Part shown: in pieces, positions 56,580-64,000 of the stretch | Layout: each line of letters opens with the position of its first letter | How positions within the stretch are numbered: the stretch's first letter is position 1 | NCBI GenBank assembly: GCA_965112735.1 | Contig: OZ218955.1 | Coordinates: 1,922,001-1,986,000 of the forward strand | Length of the DNA stretch: 64,000 nucleotides | DNA from: Phaeosaccion multiseriatum | Lineage: Eukaryota; Protista; Ochrophyta, other classes | Direction: 5' to 3' | Program-made: the position numbers and the translations under genes | The notes under the pieces: generated by a model | The model's input: the letters and a program-made list of their open reading frames with translations, nothing else | What the model was told of the DNA's origin: nothing | Databases searched by the model: none

Positions 56580-59500
56580 CCAGTCTGTCTGCCTGCCTGT
56601 CTGCCTGTCTGCCTGCCTGCCTGCCTGCCTGTCTGCCTGAGTAACGGACTGAGTGACTGACCTTTGCCCCGGTGCGTGCCTGCAGCTCATTCCGCACGTG
56701 CTGCTTCGTGTCAACGCTGTGCGCCGCCCCGAGGAGCACCACCTGAGGGGAGGAGATGGTAATGGATGGCAGTGGATGGCAGTGGATGGCAGTGGATATG
56801 GGGCGTTGGGGGGGGGGGGGGGATCAAGGTGTATCGAGAGCAGAGAAGAGGAGGAGCTCTCTCTCTATCGAGTGTGTGTGTGTGCGTGGGGGGGGGTGGT
56901 GTGTGTGTTTGTGTGTATGAGTGTGTACGTGCGTTTATGTGTATGTGTTTTCGTGCGTGTATGTATGTGTGAGCATTCGTGTGTGTATGTGTGTGTGCGT
57001 ATGTGTGTGGGTGCGGATGTGTGTGTGTGCGTGTGTGTTTATGTGTGTGTGCGTATGTGTGTGTATGTGTGTGTGTGTGTGTGTGGGAGTGTGTGCATGT
57101 GGATGGGTATGTCTACAGAGAGAAGGGGAGGAACATACCTCGTAGCTCGGCGGCGGGTGGTTTGGGTCCCCAAGCAGCCGCCCTTCGGCTGAGCACTGCA
57201 GGAAGGCCGCGGGGGGCGTTGTCTCCAACAACCACTATAGCCAACAGACCGGCAGGGGTGGCACAGGGGTGGCACAGGGATGGCAGTAGATGGCAGTAGA
57301 TGGTAGCAGAGAGCAGCAGAGGGGCAGCGGCCAGTCAGGAGTCAGTCAAGCAGGCTCCCAAGAAAGCCATGGGCGGTCATAATGCCGATTGCCAATTGCG
57401 GCTTGCTGTGTCTCTCCCTCCCCCCTCCCTCCCCCCTTCCCACAGTCGGAGCAGAGCACTGACTGACTGACACCAGGCACTGACTGATTGGCTCAGTGAC
57501 TGACTGACTGACACCAGGCACTGACTGAGTGACTGACTGACTGACACCAGGCACTGACTGATTGACTGACTGACTGACACCAGGCACTGACTGATTGACT
57601 GACTGACTGACTGACTGACTGACTGACTGACTGGTTGACTGGCATCAGGCACTGACGGACTGACTGACACCAGGTACTGACTGACTGACTGACTGACTGG
57701 CACCAGGTACTGACTGACACGAGGCACTTACTGACTGACTGACTGACTGACACCAGGCACTTACTGACTGACTGACTGACTGACACCAGGCGCTCCCTCA
57801 CCCACCTTGTCACGGTAGGCTCCAGCGGAGGGACTTGAGAAGGTGAAGGGGATGGACTTGCGCGCTCCTGCGTGTGTGTGAGGAAGGGTAATGATGGAGT
57901 GGGGAAGGGGTGCGGGTATGAGGATGAGGGGATGGGGCTTCCGTTACACACGACGCGCATATACACAAACGCATCCACACACACTCACACACACACACAC
58001 ACACGCACACACTCACACACATGCCCACACACACACACACACACCCGGTAGCAGTGTTCCCTTAGCCTCGTGACAGAAGAATCTCCCGTTGGGGTCTGCC
58101 CTCTTCTCGGCCTCTGCTGTCCCAGCTGCGTGGTGTTGAGCCACAATGCCCTCCTCTGGCGGCACTCGTGTCCAGCGGTAGAATAGCACGGTGCTGCCCC
58201 CGTTGTGCATCTCCACTGAGGCCGTCACCGCTGTGCCTACTCCGGGCGGAGGGAGAGGGAGGAGGCGCGGGGGGGGTGCAGCAGCAGCAGTTGGTGATAC
58301 GGTAGTAAGTGATACAGCAGCAGCAGCCGTTGGTGATTATCGCCTCCTCTCCCCTCCCACCCCCCTTCCCTTCTCCCCGGTCCACTGACCTGCCGGGGCG
58401 TCAAGCACGAGGCTAGAGCCGACAATCTCGAGGACAGGGCCAATGCGTGTTCGCACCGACTGCCGCCTGCGCTGTAGAGACGGGTCTACGACATCTGTGG
58501 CCGTTGGAGCTCGCCTCAAGAGGGCAAGCTCCTATGGACGGGGGGGGAGGGAGGGAGGGAGGGAGGGAGGGAGGGAGGGAGAGAGGGAGGGAGCGAGGGA
58601 GGGAGGGAGAGAGGGAGAGAGGGACAGAGGGACATAGGACAGCGAGAGATTGAGAAGGCTAAGCAAGGAAAAGCATCGAGCGAACGCATCGAATCCCCAA
58701 AGTTGAACAAGAAGGAGCAACTTCCACTGCCTTCCACGGTCTTCTACTTGCTCCCACTGCCTTCCACTGCCGTCCCATCCTCACCTCCTCCAAGTCATTC
58801 AGGCGTAGCTGCTCAAAGTACTCCTTGCTTGAGGCCAGTGCCCAGGAAAATAGGTCTACTCCCTGTGGACGAGGACACCGGGCATTTGGGCAGGACACGG
58901 GAGGGAGGGAGGGAGGGAGGGAGGGAGGGAGGGAGGGAGGGAGGGACGGAGGTGGGTGGGTGGGACGTGGGTGGGTGGTTGGGCTTTGGCTTGGAGGGAC
59001 TTTCCACACTCAGACACGCACACGCACCCCCCCACACACACACACACACTCAGACACACACACACATACACATACACACACACACGCACGCACGCACGCA
59101 CGCACCTGCGCGCAGAGACCCAGCGACATGGTCATGTCAACATCGGAGGGACGCAACATGTGGATGGTCTTCTCCAGCTGCGCCTTCCTCAACTGCAAGG
59201 GACGGCTGCTCCTCCAGCTCTTGCGGTCCTTCGAGATCTTGGGGACACGCGGCGGTCTAAGGAGAGGGGTTTGTTGGCAGTGGGTGCGGGTGTGAGGTGA
59301 GAAGGAGGGAAGCAGGCAGTGGATGGAGTGGATGGGGCAAGGCAAGAAGGTCAGTCATAGGGCCGCGAAAGAAGGAGGGTCGCTGAAGGGTAGGTGGAGA
59401 GTGTCGCCAAACAAGGGACGCTGAAGAACGTACTTGCGCACGAGCTTGGGTGCTGGTGTGTGGTCGCTGACCGCGCAGAACAGCCCGCTGAAGATGTTGC

Positions 59501-61341
59501 CGACGTTGGTGTAGCGCTCTCCGTAGCCGCGAAGCGTCATCTGCCAATACGAGTCGCTGCCGTACTTCTCATGGGAAGGGATGGCAGCCTGTGCATATAT
59601 ATACGTGTGTGTGTGTGTGTGTGTGAGTATGTGTGTATGTGTGTGCGCGCGCGTGTGTGTGAGCGTGTGCGTATGTGTGCGTGGGTGCGTATATATGTGT
59701 GTGTCCAGGGTAGCGTGTTAGGCAAAAGTGGGTAGATACACATCCGGCACGACGCCAGCCACCATGAAAGACGAAACGACGTCAACCCCCCCCCCCCCCT
59801 CCATCAGTAGGACAGACGGCCGGCCAAGCTCAAGCTAAGCTCAAGCCGTGTGGCGACGACTTGCCTGAATGAGCTGATACTCCTCAAACCTCTCCCGATT
59901 GTCGTAGTCATCCGCCGAGCTCATGAGGAGGCTTTGGCTCGTCTGCCCCGTCATCTTGGCGAGGCCGCCCTTAATGCGGCCCCACTCCTTGTTGCGCGAG
60001 CTCCACAGACTCATGGCGGACGCCTCCTTCTTCATCTCATTCCTCTCCCCTAAAGTGAGCTTGCCCATAAGGTACTCATCCTTCTTGCGCGTCACGCCGC
60101 GCACGTACTCTGCGCGTTCTGCTGCTTGCACGAGCCGGCTCACGTGCTTGTCTCTCTGTCGCTTGGAGAAGTAAGCACCGAGGGTAGAGAGATGGGCCGC
60201 GCTCGCTCCGAGAGCGCTTCCCGCGCTGTTGCCCGAGCGACTCCACGCCCCGCTGCTGCTGCCTGCCGGTCTAGGTGACCCTGCCGGCCCCCCTCCTCCC
60301 TCCCCTCCTCGCTCTCCTCCCTCAGGGTTATGCGGACGCGTCGCTTCTCGGGACCACCCTGCTCCTCGTCCTCCAGCGTCATCATCTGTCTGGTCGCTGC
60401 TCCGGCGATGGGTGAACGTGGATGGCATAAAAGGGTGCACAAAAGAAAAGGAAAGAAGAAGACAAAGAAGGTTGAATCGATGGATCATGCATTTGGAATG
60501 GTCCGGATTGGACCACCTTCCACACATGACCACAGAACAACCCTCGCACTCACGTGTTCTGCTGCTGCTGCTGCTGCTGCAGGTCGTTCTTCCCTGCGGG
60601 CCTGGGCTCCTCCTGGGAGTCCTCGTCGTCGTCGTCGAACCCTCCACGGCCCCTCTTGGCGGGTTTGGGCGAGGCCGCGGGCTTGGTTTGGAGCGCGTTG
60701 ATTTGCTCAAACGCCTCCACAGAGCCCAGGAGGGACCGAGCCAGGGGTCGTCCGTCCGGCGCCCATTCGACACCACTCGTAACGTCTAGCACAACGTTCT
60801 CCACTTGGTTCGAGCTACGAGATACCACAGAAATGGGTGACAGGGCGCCCGCATTCCCCCCTCCTCCGCCTCGCATACCACCGCCGCCGCACCCAGCATT
60901 GTAGTCACCGCCGTAGGGGCTGGGAGAGGCCTTATTCCCTTGGAAGGACGTGAGATTTCCGTCTCTACTCAGCCTTGGTCGGCGTGATACCAGCACTTGA
61001 CGCCGCATGCGGTTGGGCGACGAGCCCTGGCTATCGCTAAAGTCACCGTCGTCATCAAACTCGCCTTCTCTGTTGTGTTGTCCTCCTCGTCCTCCACCTC
61101 CTGCTCCTGCACCTGGGGCCTCCATCTCTGGACGCTCTCCATCATCGACTCCGAGGCCGACAGGCGGGGCTGGTGTGCCACGATTCTTGACCACGACCAC
61201 AGTCCTCTTCTTCTTGGTAGGCTTGACTTTACGGTCCACTCCCGCCAACGAGAGTCCGTCCCCACCTGCATCAGCCCCACCCTGCTCTGCATACTGCTGC
61301 GGAGCTGGGGAAAGATCCTCGTGCTGCCGGCCTCCCCCCAT
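49324..61341 (-). CDS. MYCBP-associated protein (MYCBPAP)-like ciliary protein fused to a C-terminal degenerate phosphoglycerate kinase domain
   Basis: 19 phase-consistent exons: 61341-60554, 60399-59865 (GC donor), 59588-59434, 59256-59106, 58862-58785, 58531-58390, 58236-58045, 57867-57806, 57234-57139, 56742-56662, 56205-54717, 54593-54362, 53814-53733, 53427-52647, 52229-51625, 51454-51338, 50967-50655, 50338-50098, 49591-49324. MYCBPAP-like: [47 protein letters not shown], Ig/ASH-like [43 protein letters not shown]-like: [41 protein letters not shown]. Confidence 0.85.
57455..57790. repeat. Intronic compound minisatellite (GACT)n-GACACCAGGCA
   Basis: About 10 copies of CTGACACCAGG separated by (GACT)n; the same unit recurs at ~6980-7030. 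Confidence 0.9.
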
Positions 61342-61533
61342 TGCTGCTGCTCTGCGCCCTTCGTGGGAGCCAACGCTCTCCAAGCTTCGGCCGTTTCGAG
61401 TTTTCTTGTTGGCTTACTCCGAATTTAAGTTTAAGTTAACCTCCTTTTCTTGCGTGTTTTGTGTTTTAAGTGCCGACATTGCAAGCTTTTGCTCGCGCCT
61501 GGTGTGTGTCTTCTGTTGCTCTTCTTTGCCGCT
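61342..61533. promoter_or_regulatory. Putative compact bidirectional promoter (MYCBPAP-PGK / ribH)
   Basis: Only ~190 bp, repeat-free and AT-richer, between two divergent ATGs. Confidence 0.55.
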
Positions 61534-64000
61534 ATGAAGCTACTTGTGTGCGCAGCGGGTGCTGCCATGCTTTTGTCTGCAGCGGAGGCCTTCGTTCCGG
61601 CAGTGCTACCGCCAGGATCCAGCTTTCGAACGGGCGTCGTGGCGGTGCCACAAGCTTCCGCACCGATCGCTACAACAGCAGGGACAGCAGCCACAAGTAG
61701 AAGAAGTTGCAGTAGGACAAGGTGAGGGATATATGCAAGAGAAGAGCCAAGTGGAGCTCTTAGTGAGGACAGAAGAATGCCCCACCTCCCACCTTGGTGC
61801 TCGTCTGGGATTCAAGGATGCGCTTGCGTGCTTCGTCCCTTCATCCATCCATCATCATCATCATCATCATCATCCTCCTCCTCCTCCTCCTCCTCCTCCT
61901 CCTCCTCCTCTTCCTCCTCCTCCTCCTCCTCCTCCTCCTCCTCCTCCCCCTCCTCCTCCTCCTCCTCCTCCTCCTCCTCCTCCTCCTCCTCCTTGATCCT
62001 GCCCCAACCTCCTGCATTCCCCCCTCCTTTGTGCTATCCCATTGTGCTGCCGCAGCTTGGCGATGGGGGTAACCAAGGAGGGGCCGGGATTCGAGGCTTT
62101 AGATGGGGAGGCAGTGAGGGTAGGCATCATCAAGACGCGATGGAACCCCGAGATCATCGGCGGACTTAGTGAAGGAGTCAAGGAGGCACTCAAGAAGTGC
62201 AACGTCACGGTGAGGAGAGGCATATTACCACTGCACCTGCTTCGTGACTGGCGTGCGAATCCTTAAAAGACCGTCCACGTCTTTCTCAGGCTTGACTCCT
62301 CCCTGTCTCCCTCTCCCCCATCCGCTCGTCGTCCCTGCCCTCTTCTCTCTCTCTCTCTCTCTCTCTCGCCCCACAGGAGGCCAACATCTTCGAGACTGAG
62401 GTGCCGGGAGCCTTCGAGCTTCCCCTCGCCGCAAAGTTCCTCGCCGCCTCCAACCGCGTGGACACCATCGTTTGTCTCGGCTGCCTCATCAAGGGCGACA
62501 CCATGCACTTTGAGGTCCGTGTGCTGGCTTGTCACACACATGCACGTACATACACACACTCACACACATTCACACACTCACACAACACACGAGAAGCTCT
62601 GTAGAGCACCATCTTTCCGATCAAGCGGAGTGATGGCAGCAGGCCCGCATTGACCCCTTGGCGCCTCTTTTCTCCATCTCTGCTCTCTCTGTCACCCCCT
62701 CTCTCTCTCCTTCTCTCTTGTCTTATCTGTCACCCTCTCTCTCACCCTCCGCAGTACATCGCGGATGCCGTGTCCAAGGGGTTGATGAATGTAGGCCTCA
62801 ACGCACAGGTGCCGGTGACCTTTGGGGTGCTCACCGTGCTGAATGAGCAACAAGCCAAGGATAGGTGAGAGAGAGAGAGAAAGAACAGAGAGAAGAGGAG
62901 AGAAGGGGGAGGAAGAGAGATTGGATGGGAAAATGGCGAAAGGAGGCAAGCACGACAATTCCGAGAGAAAAGAGTGGAGCTCCGCGTCCCTCCTTGTTGT
63001 GCAGACCTGTTCTCCGACTTTCTGGTTCCTTTACTTTCCTCACCCACACATATACGCACCTCCGTGTTTGTTGTGTACTTTCTTCTCGTTCTGCTCTCCT
63101 CTCCTCTCCTCGGCTCTCCCTCATTCTACTTGGCTCTCCTCTACCCTACTCTACCCTCCTCTACTCGACTCTACCGTCCTGTGCTCTACTCTACCCTACT
63201 CTACCACCCTACTGTACCCTCCTCTACCCTCTTCTCCTCTACTCGACCCTCCTCTGCTCTCCTCTACTCAACCCTCCACTGCTTTCCCCTACCCTCCTCT
63301 GCTCTACTCTACTCTGCTCTACTCTACCCTCCTCTGCTCTACTCTACCCTCCTCTACCCTCCTCTACCCTACTCTACCCTCCTCTACCCTTCTCTGCTCT
63401 ACTCTCCTCTCCTCTACCCTCCTCTCTACTCTACCCTCGTCTCTCCTCTACCCTCCTCTGCTTTCCTCTACCCTCCTCTGCTTTCCTCTACTCTCCTCTA
63501 CCCTACTCTACCCTCCTCTACCCTTCTCTGCTCTACTCTCCTCTCCTCTACCCTCCTCTCTCCTCTACCCTCCTCTGCTTTCCTCTACCCTCCTCTGCTT
63601 TCCTCTACTCTCCTCTACCCTACTCTACCCTCCTCTGCTCTTCTCCACCCTTCACTGCTTTCCCCTACCCTCCTCCGCTTTCCTCTACCCTCCTCTGCTT
63701 TCCTCTACCCTCCTCTGCTCTACTCTACCCTTCTCTGCTCTACTCTCCTCTCCTCTACCCTCCTCTCTCCTCTACCCTCCTCTGCTTTCCTCTACCCTCC
63801 CCTGCTTTACTCTTCCCTCCTCTGCTCTACTCTACCCTCCTCTGCTTTCCTCTACCCTCCTCTGCTCTCCTCTACCCTCCTCTGCTCTCCTCTACCCTCC
63901 TTCCTCTGTTCTCCTCTACCCTCCTCTGCTCTACTCTGCTCTACTCTGCTCCACTCTCCCTCGCGAATATCGCAGGTCGTCTGGAGATAACAACCACGGG
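61534..64000 (+). CDS. ribH: Plastid-targeted 6,7-dimethyl-8-ribityllumazine synthase (3' end outside window)
   Basis: Exons 61534-61721, 62056-62209, 62377-62514, 62755-62864, 63976->64000. [55 protein letters not shown]-terminal [22 protein letters not shown] is a signal peptide plus ASAFAP-type motif. Confidence 0.96.
63120..63960. repeat. Intronic pyrimidine-rich degenerate satellite (CTCTACCCTCCTCTGCT-type units)
   Basis: Directly visible; source of the spurious 338-aa LLYS ORF in ribH intron 4. Confidence 0.9.

Noticed and set aside
62974-63990. 338-aa hydrophobic ORF
   Set aside because: Satellite within ribH intron 4; only 63976 onward is exonic, in another frame.

Overview
Eukaryotic, intron-rich nuclear DNA, most likely from a flagellate-capable photosynthetic stramenopile (ochrophyte). 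This is inferred from a signal peptide plus ASAFAP-like plastid presequence on lumazine synthase, a signal-peptide-bearing CDC48 and a MYCBPAP-type ciliary gene. Most long ORFs in the track are artefacts of intronic microsatellites. By hand-splicing at GT/GC-AG sites and checking codon phase I reconstruct about 12 genes: (1) a >=21-exon membrane protein with two RING-like zinc fingers, a TM helix, a reelin-like repeat and further TM helices (minus, runs off the left edge); (2) an intronless orphan; (3) a bacterial-type AhpD/CMD-like CxxC protein with three consecutive microexons; (4) an acidic orphan; (5) MIF/tautomerase; (6) a low-complexity orphan; (7) TMEM230/134-like; (8) DUF2358-like; (9) a CDC48/p97 with a bipartite-type presequence (probable SELMA sCdc48); (10) a cNMP-binding plus split-RGS protein; (11) a MYCBPAP-like ciliary protein fused in frame to a complete but catalytically degenerate phosphoglycerate kinase fold; (12) plastid lumazine synthase (runs off the right edge). 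The strongest novelty candidates are the MYCBPAP-pseudoPGK fusion, the RING-RING-TM-reelin-multiTM receptor-like E3 ligase, the cNMP-RGS protein and the polarised intronic microsatellites that resemble arrays of splice signals. Family assignments come from motif recognition from memory; no search was run.
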